From IMG/VR virus record IMGVR_UViG_3300047548_000908, positions 62,001 to 126,000 of that record: DNA of 64,000 nucleotides; one strand, written 5' to 3'. This document shows, one piece after another, positions 47,028 to 57,526 of the stretch. Positions within the stretch are counted from its first letter, which is position 1, and every line of letters begins with the position of its first letter. Position numbers and translations under genes: made by a program. The notes beneath the pieces are model-generated. The model had not been told where the DNA came from, made no database searches, and was given only the letters and a program-made list of their open reading frames with translations. Origin of the DNA: an uncultured virus (IMG/VR IMGVR_UViG_3300047548_000908). Taxonomy: Duplodnaviria; Heunggongvirae; Uroviricota; Caudoviricetes.

Positions 47028-49583
47028 TCAGTTTGGCAAAATTGTTTGTCTTGGGAATAGCACATATTGATCAGTACTGTTCAATGGATCAGGGACAGGA
47101 GATGCACTTGGGATTTCGGTCCACGTTGGGAAATAAAGGTCAGTATCATAGTTGTATGTGCTGCTCTTGTCAATCGTATACCTGTCTATTTCAAAGTTTA
47201 TTTGATTTAATTTATACTGCCACTGCGTTTCAATGTTGTTCTTTATCTGAGCGGCAAATCCAGGCTTCGTATAACAAATTACCCATGCTTTGACAAATCC
47301 AAGTGTACTTCCGTTTTCTTGCTGACTAGTCATCCATAACGGAAGTAGCTTACTGCTTGAGTTTTGCGGGATATAAGTTTTTACTTGCTCCAACATATTA
47401 TCAAAACTATTGGGATACAATCTTCTGGTCGTGTTTGATGTCAAAGAAGTATAATACTTTTGATCAACTGTGTTTTCATAGCTAGTGTATATGTTGGTGG
47501 TACTAGTAAACCAAGGACTACTGCTATAAATTAATGTAGGCCACAAAATACTTTGGCTTATACTTTTTCCTGCGTTGTTCACTTGATCATCAATTATCAC
47601 ACTATAAACAACCTCATAGATAACATTGTTGTTCTCATCCCTTGCTTGTGCAGTTCTTAGCTCTCCTAATGTCACACTTTTTTTGTAATGATTCCTGTCT
47701 ACTGATCGAATATAGTCTTCAACTGAAGATGCTGTCATCCCGTATGCAAATGGATAAATTACTTCTCTTGATTTTCCAAAGTAGATATCAGTTGGTCTAT
47801 ACAAGTAAGAAGTAGGTATAATATCCTCAGTGTCTAATAGAGAAGAAAGAATCGCTCTATCTTCTAAATTAGGGGATGCTTTAAAATAGATAGTATCGAC
47901 CGGGCTTTCGATATCTTGGCTCACAGTCAAATTAAATGTTTTCTTAGAGGCAAGCAATGGATATTCTTCTGAATAGGCTTCTATCGTAAACGTATATGTC
48001 GTTGTATCTCCTAAACTCATAGGAGAATTATTTGGTTGAAATGCAACTTTGCCGTATATCTCTCCTGATGGAAGCAAAAATAAGTTAGGCGGCAAAGCAC
48101 TGTTTGTACCATTTGGATTTGCCGCCATTCTGTACACTAAAGGTTCTGAAGATGCTGCTTGTACATATAACGTGCTTAGTGTACCATTTGAAATAACACC
48201 CAAATCTGATTCTGTTATCCAAGTAACAGACGGCTGAATATCGTTTGTTATATTGAAGTAGAAGGATTCTGTACTACTGACTATGTTTTCACCTAACGCA
48301 ACATTGATATTTGCATCTGAAGAAAAAGTTGTTGAACCATAAACGTATCGTATTGGAACTGTAAACCAAGATGCGTTTGGTTGAATACTTCCCATTACTT
48401 CAAACAAAACATAATGGTTTACGTCTGAATTTAGAGAAACTTTTATATAGTTAATTTTTCCGTAGATTAGATTCATTATCCCTGTTATACTTCTTCCGTA
48501 TATGGGCGGATCTATAGAAATTATTTCATTGTCAATGTTTTTCAAATACAGTTGAGTAGCCTGTGACAAATCTTCTGCATTGAATCTTGCTTTGTTGTTA
48601 GGCAATGGCTGAACATTGGGTGCTACTAGCACAGAGGTATCATTTAAGTAATTAAATGTTACTACCGGTTTCATTGGCTTGAGTGCTTTTACTGAGAAAG
48701 AAAACCTGTTTATGCCCTTTTCATTCGTAGCAGGTGTACCTGTAATCCAACCTGTAAATGGGTCTCCGTTTAACTGAGGCGGTAAGTTTATGAACTGATA
48801 TGTTATAGGTTGATTGTCAAAGTCGTATCCAATAACCTTAAATTGAAATTCATCCCCGCTCGTTATTTCACCTAAGAAGTTGTCGCTGCCAATCGCATAG
48901 TAGCTGAAGTATGGATCGTCTCTAGGAATAGTAAAACTAAGTGGTTTAGCGTTTAATATTGCTGGTTTTCTATTTGCGTTAGAAAAGAATAATGTAAAGT
49001 TTCTTACAGTAATTGAGTATCTTGCTGTAGCTCTTCCTAAATCACTCAACAAAACTAGAATAAAATCATATGTAACGGAGGTCGGAGCTCCACTAATAGG
49101 ATCTACTGGGGCTAACGGATATCCTCTTATTAACCCATTAGAATTGATCTCTAAGCCTGGTGGAAGTTTTCCATTAAGCAAATAAATCTTAACATTGCTG
49201 TCAGTTGGGTTAGTAAACTCTATTTGTTTTTCTACCCAAATGCTATCATATACAGTGAATATTTCGCCTTCTTCTGTTAAAAATTTTGGAATCTCAACGC
49301 CTGCTATTTCTATAAAGAAACTTCTATCTCTTATAGTACCTAAGTTATCAGTCACTCTAATCGTAAAATCATAACGTGTGGTCAACCCAGTCAATGTAGT
49401 AGAACCGAATATTTTTCCATTCTTGTCAATCTTAATACCACTAGGGAGTTGACCGCTCAACAGTTTGTATGTTACAAATGTTGCGGGGAATACAGGCACT
49501 GCGTTCATTTGAAACAAAAACTCACTACCAGAAGGATATGTTCCTAAGCTTCCTGCAGGTGTAATCCATTTTGGTTGATTCAT
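47028..49583 (-). CDS. baseplate wedge-like structural protein with Ig-like repeats
   Basis: Repeated W.T..G.L / G.LP.G....G.I.G units. Confidence 0.6.
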   Translation of the reverse strand: MNQPKWITPAGSLGTYPSGSEFLFQMNAVPVFPATFVTYKLLSGQLPSGIKIDKNGKIFGSTTLTGLTTRYDFTIRVTDNLGTIRDRSFFIEIAGVEIPKFLTEEGEIFTVYDSIWVEKQIEFTNPTDSNVKIYLLNGKLPPGLEINSNGLIRGYPLAPVDPISGAPTSVTYDFILVLLSDLGRATARYSITVRNFTLFFSNANRKPAILNAKPLSFTIPRDDPYFSYYAIGSDNFLGEITSGDEFQFKVIGYDFDNQPITYQFINLPPQLNGDPFTGWITGTPATNEKGINRFSFSVKALKPMKPVVTFNYLNDTSVLVAPNVQPLPNNKARFNAEDLSQATQLYLKNIDNEIISIDPPIYGRSITGIMNLIYGKINYIKVSLNSDVNHYVLFEVMGSIQPNASWFTVPIRYVYGSTTFSSDANINVALGENIVSSTESFYFNITNDIQPSVTWITESDLGVISNGTLSTLYVQAASSEPLVYRMAANPNGTNSALPPNLFLLPSGEIYGKVAFQPNNSPMSLGDTTTYTFTIEAYSEEYPLLASKKTFNLTVSQDIESPVDTIYFKASPNLEDRAILSSLLDTEDIIPTSYLYRPTDIYFGKSREVIYPFAYGMTASSVEDYIRSVDRNHYKKSVTLGELRTAQARDENNNVIYEVVYSVIIDDQVNNAGKSISQSILWPTLIYSSSPWFTSTTNIYTSYENTVDQKYYTSLTSNTTRRLYPNSFDNMLEQVKTYIPQNSSSKLLPLWMTSQQENGSTLGFVKAWVICYTKPGFAAQIKNNIETQWQYKLNQINFEIDRYTIDKSSTYNYDTDLYFPTWTEIPSASPVPDPLNSTDQYVLFPRQTILPN

Positions 49584-49584
49584 A

Positions 49585-50208
49585 TTAATCCTTCAATAAA
49601 CTTAACGCAAGCGAATAATGGTGTTGCCTATCTGCTAACCCATTTGTACCGCCGTTAATTCGTTTAGTTAGTCCAACAAAGTCTCCCTTGTCACAGTAAT
49701 TATTCAACTTGTTAGTATCCCAAAACCATCCTGCACTTGCACATGCACCTTCTGGAGTTTCCATATAAGCTACGCATTCTTGTAGGCTTATACCTAGCCC
49801 ATTGGCGAATGCAGCATAGTTATTTTTTCCAGTTAGTTGGATGAGACCTCTTCCCCTATATCTCCAACCATCACCTGATTCTTCTGAGCCATTGCCCATT
49901 CTGTTTGCATAAACTTTGTTTGCTATTTTTTCTGGTTTTCGTTCGTAGGTCTTAGCTAATGCTTCAGATGGAAAATACTTTCTAAATACTCTCATCAAAC
50001 CCGCAGCATTGTAATTAAGATTTTCTACAACCAAGTTGAATCCGCCTGATTCGTGTGCGATTTGTGCTAAAAACCCAGCACATCTTTCAGGAGTTTGATC
50101 AATCTCATAGTAACGAACTACTTCATTCAGTGGCTCACAATACCTTTGCAACTTTTCGTTATTTGTACTCGGGCATAGAGCCTTGAGTAACTTCAAAGTT
50201 ATTTCCAT
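49585..50208 (-). CDS. glycoside hydrolase family 19 lysin
   Basis: FLAQIAHESG, ENLNY, YRGRGLIQLTG, INGG.NG. Confidence 0.9.
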   Translation of the reverse strand: MEITLKLLKALCPSTNNEKLQRYCEPLNEVVRYYEIDQTPERCAGFLAQIAHESGGFNLVVENLNYNAAGLMRVFRKYFPSEALAKTYERKPEKIANKVYANRMGNGSEESGDGWRYRGRGLIQLTGKNNYAAFANGLGISLQECVAYMETPEGACASAGWFWDTNKLNNYCDKGDFVGLTKRINGGTNGLADRQHHYSLALSLLKD

Positions 50209-50218
50209 AATCTACTCC

Positions 50219-50914
50219 TTAGAAAGTATACCATTTATTTGCAGTAGTTGCTTTAACAACTACCATAGTATTATTTGATGCAAGGGTAACAGCCGCATTC
50301 GCAATACCAGTGTTAATAGTGCCTGTCAGTGGGGGATAGACACTTATTGTATTCGCGCTTTGATTCACAATATAAACTGAAGTTCCTGCAGGAACTGTAC
50401 TTGGTAACTTTAATCCTGTGCCTGCATTTGCAGATGTGACTACATTCAACGATGATCCAATGTCAAAAGCAGTCGCTTGATTTGTTCCAGTTGCAGTAAC
50501 TGTTTGAGCGGCGGACATTGTAATCCATCCTGACACACTTAAATTTGCACCTATATTTGCGGTATCTACATTAATAGAATCAGCAACAATATCAGGATCA
50601 ATATCAATAACTAAAGGAGCGTCACTATTTGTAATAGTGACGTTGTTATTTCCTGCAAGATTGTTGTTTAAACCCATTATCAAGGAAGTAGATTGAATCT
50701 CTACCTGAGGGATATTCGCTGTTATAACTACGTTTCCAGTAGTTCCGTTTTGTGTTAAACCTTCGCCTGCAACAATATTAGTAATTGCTGTATTAACTGA
50801 TATTGCAGAATATAACTCATCAAAATTGTCTTTAGTTTTTTGGAATGCAGTATATAAAGAATCTGCCCCTGCTGCATTTGGTGCGTCACCGTAGTTTATA
50901 ATTTTCTTTGCCAT
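50219..50914 (-). CDS. baseplate/tail-fibre connector-like structural protein (gp9/gp10-like N-terminus)
   Basis: IINYG..PN...ADSLYTAFQK..DNFDELY. Confidence 0.6.
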   Translation of the reverse strand: MAKKIINYGDAPNAAGADSLYTAFQKTKDNFDELYSAISVNTAITNIVAGEGLTQNGTTGNVVITANIPQVEIQSTSLIMGLNNNLAGNNNVTITNSDAPLVIDIDPDIVADSINVDTANIGANLSVSGWITMSAAQTVTATGTNQATAFDIGSSLNVVTSANAGTGLKLPSTVPAGTSVYIVNQSANTISVYPPLTGTINTGIANAAVTLASNNTMVVVKATTANKWYTF

Positions 50915-50954
50915 TGCTGTTAGCCCTTATCATATATTTATTCGATAGTTAGCC

Positions 50955-50987
50955 AAAAAAATAGCTCGGTGTTACCCGAGCTATTTT
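50955..50987. terminator. intrinsic terminator
   Basis: aaaatagctcgg-tgttac-ccgagctatttt. Confidence 0.8.
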
Positions 50988-51004
50988 AAGTTAAGAAAAT
51001 GTTG

Positions 51005-54000
51005 TTACTTTCTCAATCCTGCAAGTTTTAACATTGCTTCCATAGCGAGAGGATTATCTCCGTTTTGATATCCATGTGGATGCTGTCTTGCTGGCCCATT
51101 TATACCACCAGCCAATTGATCAACATAACCTGAATCCATTGTTTGAGAATCGACTTCATTATCGAACGCTTCTTCAACTTGCTCCGAATCGCATTGACAT
51201 TCTGTCTCAGTCAATCCGCATTCATTGCAAGTAGCATTTCCTTCATCAACTTTTTCTTCATCATCTTCGGAGTCATCTGATTCTTCATCATGCTCTTCGG
51301 AGTCATCTGATTCTTCATCATGCTCTTCGGCTTCTTCGTCTGATTCCTCTGAGGAATCTATTTCAGTTTCTTCAGTATCACCACCTGCCATTCGTTTGAT
51401 TAGAGAAAGCATGTCATCAGCATCATCAACTACATCAGGAGATGGAGATGCTTCTGAACCTTGTCCTAGTCCGTCGTCATCTGCATTAACGCTTAAAAGC
51501 ATTCCTGCATCCCCAGTGTGATCGCCTTCTTCAGAATCACTTGCACCTTCTTCAGAACCACCAAACACTCCTAAACCTGAATTTTTCAGTAGTGCTAACA
51601 TTTCACCTGCATCTTCTTCAGTTGCATTGATGCTTACACTATCAGGAGTATTTTCTTGTCCTGAATTGAACGAAACAGTTAGTCCTTCATTTAGAAGATT
51701 GTTTAGTTCACGATCCCAGCTTTCAAATTGAGCATCACCTGGTTTACCAAACCCAAATGGATCATCATCCTCTGGTATTAAATTGCGTAAGTCACTCATG
51801 ATACCTGGTTTAGGTTCACGGAACGTATCTAATGTCGCACGGTTACCACGAGGCCCTAATTCACCATGAATTCTGTGAACGGTTGGGCGCTCTGGGGAAT
51901 GTGTCATTAGGCCTGGGCCTGGGCCTCTATTTACGTCTAAATTATCCAAAGAAAGTGGTTGACGACCAGGTCTCTTGTATGCTGGAAAATCCGGATCAGA
52001 GTATGCATCATAGGCATCTTCATCGATGTCAGCATCATAGCTACTTCTATCAGTAAATCTATTTCCGCCTACTGAAAAAGAATCACCTTTTCTTGTTCTA
52101 GCTAACGCACCAGTGAATGCGTTACCTTCTCCCATTAAGACATCATCATTGCAATTATCCAATCCTTCTTTGTAGCCTTCATGATAAGCGCGGGCTTCTT
52201 CAAGATCGTCGGGTCTTGAATATCCATGTCCCTCCATTGCGTGTGATATTCCTCTATACTTTGCTGCTTTCAGTCTGTCAAAGCTTTCATTTAATTCAGG
52301 TGTTACAGATTTCTTCGGAAATTTCTCAGGAATAAGAGCGATATCTTTTCCTAATGCTTTTCTTATTTGAACATCACTATATCCAGAACTTTTAAGATTG
52401 TCGTAAAGTCTTAACGCTTTTCTTCTTGCTTCTTCCTTAGGCCACTGTTTATCGGAATAGTCACTAAATCTTTTTGACCTTTTACGTTGGGAGATTACAA
52501 AAGGATCTTGGTCTACTCCAGCTTTCCAGTTTTCATATCCAGGATTATCTATCACTTGGTCTGGAGTCGAATACCCATCACCATAATGGTTACCAGAGAT
52601 TCTGGTTTTTTTTGTTTGATCACCATGATGGGCAGTTATATAATCTCTTAATCTTTGGTCTGACTTTTTGCGAGCACTCTGCGCTGTACCCCAAGAAAGT
52701 TCGTTGATTTGTTCAGACTTTTTAGTGTTCTTTTTCTCAGGTAAGCCTTTGTGCTTAGTGCTAGCAAAGTCCTCAACATCACCTTTCTTCATTGATTTAG
52801 CAACGTCACCTACTTTCTTTGATGCAGGCTTTTTGCCCTTCTGAGCGGCATGAACCATTCCCATAAACTCTTGTTGTTTCTTGCTTACTGCCTTTTTACC
52901 TTCATACATCCTACTCTCTTTTTTACCAGTGTAAACTAACGTAACTATTTTGTGACCGGCAGGTTTATAGATGTAGTAATCGGGACTATCGGGGAATTCG
53001 ATTGTAAATTCTCCACCAGAACCAGGTACTCTCTCATAATCACCTAGATTCTTACTTTCTGCGTAATCCAAGATCATATCTAAACCATGTACCCCAATTG
53101 CCTCAAATTCACCAGTTTGTCTTAATGCTTTATCAATCACACTAAAGGCTGAATCGGCACTTTCATGCATTCCAATTAGTCTTCTTGCCTTGGTTAGGAG
53201 TCCTTTATTTCGTTTTGCAGTTCTATAATTTTCAGATGCGTCCGAGGAAGCCTTGCCCCAATTCACACCTGGGTAACGCCTTTTGAATTCAGCTATTGCA
53301 GCATCTAGTTCTTCTTCAGTCCTCATGAGTTCTGCGTGTTGGCGAGAGAACTTTTGTTGTAATTCAGGAGACAGTTCTCGTCCGGTTAGTCTTGCTTCAT
53401 ATTCTGCCTGCCCTATTTCTGCGGTTAGATAGGAGTCCTCTGTTCGAGCCTGCCTTGCAAGGCTAGCAATCTGCATCGCCAATTGACCCATTTCTTGATC
53501 TGAACCCATATCTTCATTGGTCTGATTGGCAGGTGTAAAAGTTACTTTATTGTTAGCCTGATCTTGATTGATTCTGGCAAGAGTCTGCGTATCACCTGTC
53601 GCTATTACTTTTTGATTTTTATCAACAAGTTGACCAGTAGGAACTTGTTTTAATGTATAGGGAGAAGGATCTTCACTTAATAGTCGATGACTTCTAAGTT
53701 GCTTATCTATATGAGTTACCCAATCTGCAAGTTTCTTTGCCTTGGCGGTCTTGGATGTCTTAGTCGCTTTAGTAGCCTTCGCTCCAGCTTTTTTCTTTTC
53801 AGGAGCATCCTTAGATTTTTTAGGCTCTTTGGTTGAGTGTACTTTACTAGGTAAACTTTTTAGTTCCTTACTATCCGGATTTGACCCAACTATATAACGT
53901 TGCAGAGTAGCTGCGTTTGCATAAGGTTCTTTTCCGTCTTTAGAAGCACCTTTGGGCGGTCTACCTGCTTTCTTCTTGGTTGTTTTAGCCGTATCTTTAT

Positions 54001-54145
54001 CATCACCCTCTTCATCTGAAAAAGTGGATGATTTTCTAGTGTACCTTGTACCAGTACTTGTCTTTTTGGCATCAAACTTTCCTGTAGTTTCGCTGTCAGC
54101 CTCGTTTAGTTGGCTTAATTTTTCTAGCATATCTTTCATGTTCAT
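51005..54145 (-). CDS. large low-complexity protein, probable prohead core/internal protein
   Basis: Many hydrophobic-x-E motifs, KAVSKKQQEFMG...FASTKHKGLP module, acidic C-terminus ending MLKLAGLRK. Confidence 0.55.
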   Translation of the reverse strand: MNMKDMLEKLSQLNEADSETTGKFDAKKTSTGTRYTRKSSTFSDEEGDDKDTAKTTKKKAGRPPKGASKDGKEPYANAATLQRYIVGSNPDSKELKSLPSKVHSTKEPKKSKDAPEKKKAGAKATKATKTSKTAKAKKLADWVTHIDKQLRSHRLLSEDPSPYTLKQVPTGQLVDKNQKVIATGDTQTLARINQDQANNKVTFTPANQTNEDMGSDQEMGQLAMQIASLARQARTEDSYLTAEIGQAEYEARLTGRELSPELQQKFSRQHAELMRTEEELDAAIAEFKRRYPGVNWGKASSDASENYRTAKRNKGLLTKARRLIGMHESADSAFSVIDKALRQTGEFEAIGVHGLDMILDYAESKNLGDYERVPGSGGEFTIEFPDSPDYYIYKPAGHKIVTLVYTGKKESRMYEGKKAVSKKQQEFMGMVHAAQKGKKPASKKVGDVAKSMKKGDVEDFASTKHKGLPEKKNTKKSEQINELSWGTAQSARKKSDQRLRDYITAHHGDQTKKTRISGNHYGDGYSTPDQVIDNPGYENWKAGVDQDPFVISQRKRSKRFSDYSDKQWPKEEARRKALRLYDNLKSSGYSDVQIRKALGKDIALIPEKFPKKSVTPELNESFDRLKAAKYRGISHAMEGHGYSRPDDLEEARAYHEGYKEGLDNCNDDVLMGEGNAFTGALARTRKGDSFSVGGNRFTDRSSYDADIDEDAYDAYSDPDFPAYKRPGRQPLSLDNLDVNRGPGPGLMTHSPERPTVHRIHGELGPRGNRATLDTFREPKPGIMSDLRNLIPEDDDPFGFGKPGDAQFESWDRELNNLLNEGLTVSFNSGQENTPDSVSINATEEDAGEMLALLKNSGLGVFGGSEEGASDSEEGDHTGDAGMLLSVNADDDGLGQGSEASPSPDVVDDADDMLSLIKRMAGGDTEETEIDSSEESDEEAEEHDEESDDSEEHDEESDDSEDDEEKVDEGNATCNECGLTETECQCDSEQVEEAFDNEVDSQTMDSGYVDQLAGGINGPARQHPHGYQNGDNPLAMEAMLKLAGLRK
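51264..51330. repeat. 30-bp in-frame tandem repeat (about 2.2 copies)
   Basis: tcttcggagtcatctgattcttcatcatgc twice; encodes EEHDEESDDS. Confidence 0.9.
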
Positions 54146-54369
54146 TTTTGTGATCCTTGTTGTGACTTATACATTTTGTCTTCGATTCTAAGTAGCGCCG
54201 CCTTGATTTCTTTCATTTCATCTTTGGTATTATCGGTACTTACTTTTACTATTTCTACTTTCTTGTCAATATCTTCGAATTTAGAGTTTATAGAAATGTA
54301 CCCAGTACCTCCTATACTACATGCCCCGATGACAATCCAAGTCAATTGTGAAGGTGTAAAATCGATCAT
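54142..54369 (-). CDS. small membrane-anchored coiled-coil protein
   Basis: N-terminal hydrophobic helix followed by heptads. Confidence 0.6.
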   Translation of the reverse strand: MIDFTPSQLTWIVIGACSIGGTGYISINSKFEDIDKKVEIVKVSTDNTKDEMKEIKAALLRIEDKMYKSQQGSQK

Positions 54370-54956
54370 TTTCTAGCTCCTGTTTGTGGTTTAGGAGGAA
54401 GTTTAATCTTTGACATTGGGCTTTGAGTCCCTACCTTATCTTTACTAGTATTAGCGACAGTAGGTGTCTTTTTAGCTGCATAAGGTATATCAATACTCGA
54501 TTTCTTTGGCATTACCCTATCCAAATATTGATTTGCATACTCTTTGCTCGCTTGCTTTCCGTTATCTTCTAGATCAGGTTCTCCTAAAGCAGGAGATGCT
54601 TGATTTGCATACTTATCAGATTCATTATTGATGCTGTCATCAAAATCAGATGTTACCACTCTTATTCTGTTAACGTTGTGTCCAAGTAACTGAGCCATTT
54701 GTATGATCTGTGGTTCAGTTGCAGGATACTTGAATTCAGCTTTTATGATTGTAACTGATTCATTCTCCAAATCAGGAAACCCATATGGAGATTGTTGCAC
54801 CGGAGTGGTTTTTGGTTCATCTATCTTAACAGGGTCAAACTTTTTAAGATTGTGCTTAAACAATTCTAAAAAGTTCTTATCTAGTTCCCCTGCTATCTTT
54901 ATAGTGTATCGATAAGTTCTTGCGCTCTCGATAAGAAAATGTCGTAGTGATTTCAT
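54366..54956 (-). CDS. hypothetical protein with capsid-targeting-like leader
   Basis: Start at 54956 gives MKSLRHFLIES; TAAATA at 54975-54980. Confidence 0.65.
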   Translation of the reverse strand: MKSLRHFLIESARTYRYTIKIAGELDKNFLELFKHNLKKFDPVKIDEPKTTPVQQSPYGFPDLENESVTIIKAEFKYPATEPQIIQMAQLLGHNVNRIRVVTSDFDDSINNESDKYANQASPALGEPDLEDNGKQASKEYANQYLDRVMPKKSSIDIPYAAKKTPTVANTSKDKVGTQSPMSKIKLPPKPQTGARK

Positions 54957-54989
54957 AATAGCTTCCATTAATATTATTTATCTCGGTTG

Positions 54990-55472
54990 TTATTTTTTGT
55001 TCGCCACGATGGCTTTCAAGAGTTCATTTCTATCTAACAACGTGCCTTCTCCAACAGGAGAAGCTTCAATTTCTTTTGCATTAGCAGCTTCTTTTTGATC
55101 AAGGGAAGCTTTTTTAAGTTGTAGCTCTATCATCTTCAGTTTTTTGTTGATCTTCGCAGTCTTAGCGGTGATAGCATGTCCTAGCATTGTCCCTGCGGCA
55201 CTAAAAATCTCACTTGCAAATCTGCTATCTACTTGCATACCTAAATCAGATAAATCTTTGTATCCTTCTACTGCTAACTGAGCCAGTTCGTCTAGTTCAA
55301 TGTCACTAGTTTCTAATCCACGTACTTGTGGGAGTGCGTTTTCTATCTTTTCTAGGTTAGAATAAGACTCTTGTGTAATGTTTTGAATTTCATCCTTCGT
55401 TAACGGTTTAGGAAACGGATCTGCATTTTCAGATTCCTCTAATTCAAACAAGTCGATAAGCTTTTTGTTCAT
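54990..55472 (-). CDS. hypothetical helical protein (possibly terminase small subunit-like)
   Basis: 160-aa coiled-coil protein ending LDRNELLK; function is a guess. Confidence 0.45.
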   Translation of the reverse strand: MNKKLIDLFELEESENADPFPKPLTKDEIQNITQESYSNLEKIENALPQVRGLETSDIELDELAQLAVEGYKDLSDLGMQVDSRFASEIFSAAGTMLGHAITAKTAKINKKLKMIELQLKKASLDQKEAANAKEIEASPVGEGTLLDRNELLKAIVANKK

Positions 55473-55520
55473 GTAAATACCCAATATGTATGATATTTAT
55501 ACCGAATATATTGACTTATT

Positions 55521-55958
55521 TTACTTTCTAGACCCCTGATGAAATAGGTTCTCTTCAGTTAAAACTCTAAACGTCATTCCCATTCTCTTGCAGTATGCTG
55601 TGGCACTAGCCCACTTGGCTTGATTTATTGCCACAATCATTCTGTCTTTCATTGAAGCCTTTTTACTCTCGATCAAACTTTGTTTTTTAGGTTTGATTTC
55701 TACTACTTCAGCTATTTGCTGCCCAAACTTATTTTGATATAGGACAAAGAAATCCGGAATGTACATCGTTGTTTTTCCCGTCATCGGGTGCTTGTAAGGT
55801 ATTGATATAGATTCACTTGCCCACTTTAAAATGTTGTCGTTATTGTCAAGAAACATCATAAAGGACATTTCCCAACCTGACCGAAATCTAGGTTTATGAT
55901 TACCTAAATACTTTTCTGGATGTTTTGGAGTATAGATTCCCTGTGCAAAGTTTGCCAT
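55521..55958 (-). CDS. head completion nuclease (T4 gp4/TnsA-like)
   Basis: P.KY.G, RSGWE, WASE, YIPDF, EIKP, NQAKW, LTE. Confidence 0.85.
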   Translation of the reverse strand: MANFAQGIYTPKHPEKYLGNHKPRFRSGWEMSFMMFLDNNDNILKWASESISIPYKHPMTGKTTMYIPDFFVLYQNKFGQQIAEVVEIKPKKQSLIESKKASMKDRMIVAINQAKWASATAYCKRMGMTFRVLTEENLFHQGSRK

Positions 55959-56323
55959 TATACCACCACATTACGTTGTACTGTTTGATTAGGCTTAGGT
56001 TGAGAACTTAATCCATATAGAGTAGTTTTAGATTTAAAGCTATTCAAGTAATAAGCTATAAACGTATTAATTTCTAACTTAGTTTTACCTTTAATTTCAT
56101 CTAGTAGAGTTAACACAGGAATCTGAGTTAAGTTTGATATTCTAAAAAGAAAGACTGTAAATGTTTTAGCTGCGGTTAGGTTAGTTGAAACGCTTTTGAA
56201 GTAAGAAAACACAATGTCAAACTCAGAGGCATTTACAATAACATCAAATTGAAAGAATTGATCAACAATCCTAGTTGAAACTGAAGAATTGTTGAACGTG
56301 TCGATTATACTTTTTTCTGCCAT
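55958..56323 (-). CDS. hypothetical protein in tail operon
   Basis: 121-aa ORF. Confidence 0.65.
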   Translation of the reverse strand: MAEKSIIDTFNNSSVSTRIVDQFFQFDVIVNASEFDIVFSYFKSVSTNLTAAKTFTVFLFRISNLTQIPVLTLLDEIKGKTKLEINTFIAYYLNSFKSKTTLYGLSSQPKPNQTVQRNVVV

Positions 56324-56332
56324 ATAGAATCC

Positions 56333-57502
56333 TTAGTCTACCCTAGGCGGGGATTTTATTATGCGTGTCGCGCCTTCTACTGCGCTACCAATTGCACTAT
56401 CCACTGTCCTAGTAATTGCAGTAGTATTTAATGTCGGGAAGCTGAATGGTGTGTTTCTATTTGGAGTGCCTTTTATTGCATCATTAACTCCCGCTAGTAC
56501 TTCAGACTGAGCAATCTTTAGTATATTTTGTGGGTTTTTAAATGTTTGAGCGGCTGCTCCTGTTTTTTGAATCGCAGCAAGAAAGTTTCCATCTTTTATG
56601 TCGCCCATAATTCCACCTGCTGCCGCAACCAATCCACCTTGTCCAAGTATGTTTGATTGTGAACCGGGTCTTGCGATCGGACTTAGTGTTCTGTCGTAAG
56701 TCGATGAATTACCAAATGTCTTTATGATTGCATCTGGGCTCTTACCGTCGATTGCACCCTCATAGTATTTTACAGTTTCATATTGCAATGTCATTTGGTT
56801 TTCCATTGTGCCATTGCCTTGTGAGTAGTCATAAGTATCATGACTGAAACTTTCAATAAGAGGATTGATTAAACTGTACATAACAAAGTTATGTTGATTA
56901 AATCCGTATACATCTACCGATCTAAAGAAAGGTGGTTTAGCATTACCTTCTCTTCCACCCGATACGTTCGCAGGGGCTTCACCAGTATAACCCCAATCGA
57001 GTTCTTTTTCTATTCCAGTAGTATACGGAGTTCTTTTATTGTAATCAATTGCAAATCCTGAGCTTGCCCCGGTTTGCTTTGTATGATCAATCGCATCTCT
57101 TTGAGATGGATCTTTATAGTAATAGGAATAATATGAATACCACAAGTGACGAATTAAGTTTGCATTGTCGTCATGAAATGTGATGTTTACTGGATCATAT
57201 TTTATTTTAGTCTGAACCAATCTTTTTCTATTGTACTGGTTCATTTCTGCAATGTTAAAACTAAACTTAGGTAGTTGAACTGTCTTAACTGCTAATCCAA
57301 AGTTTGAATTATCTTTGAATACTTTACTAACAACATCAGAATTAAGCTTGAATTCTACATGAAATAAGAACTTAAACTTTGGACTGTATGCGTACCCATT
57401 GGGCCTAAACGTCTTTGATGCATGGGTAAAATCACGAAGGTATTCGCTGCCAAAGAATCCTTTGGCAGCGTCCCTAAAGAAGGTTTGAAAAAATCCAGCC
57501 AT
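56333..57502 (-). CDS. tail-tube-fold baseplate protein (gp19/gp48/gp54-like)
   Basis: PKFKFLFHV, VQLPKF, YDPVNITFHDD, MTLQYE; follows the tube gene. Confidence 0.65.
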   Translation of the reverse strand: MAGFFQTFFRDAAKGFFGSEYLRDFTHASKTFRPNGYAYSPKFKFLFHVEFKLNSDVVSKVFKDNSNFGLAVKTVQLPKFSFNIAEMNQYNRKRLVQTKIKYDPVNITFHDDNANLIRHLWYSYYSYYYKDPSQRDAIDHTKQTGASSGFAIDYNKRTPYTTGIEKELDWGYTGEAPANVSGGREGNAKPPFFRSVDVYGFNQHNFVMYSLINPLIESFSHDTYDYSQGNGTMENQMTLQYETVKYYEGAIDGKSPDAIIKTFGNSSTYDRTLSPIARPGSQSNILGQGGLVAAAGGIMGDIKDGNFLAAIQKTGAAAQTFKNPQNILKIAQSEVLAGVNDAIKGTPNRNTPFSFPTLNTTAITRTVDSAIGSAVEGATRIIKSPPRVD

Positions 57503-57526
57503 TTACTAGATTTCTTATACCTTTGA

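Noticed and set aside
51264..51330. CRISPR-like repeat
   Set aside because: Head-to-tail in-frame coding repeat with no spacers; no array or cas gene seen in the window
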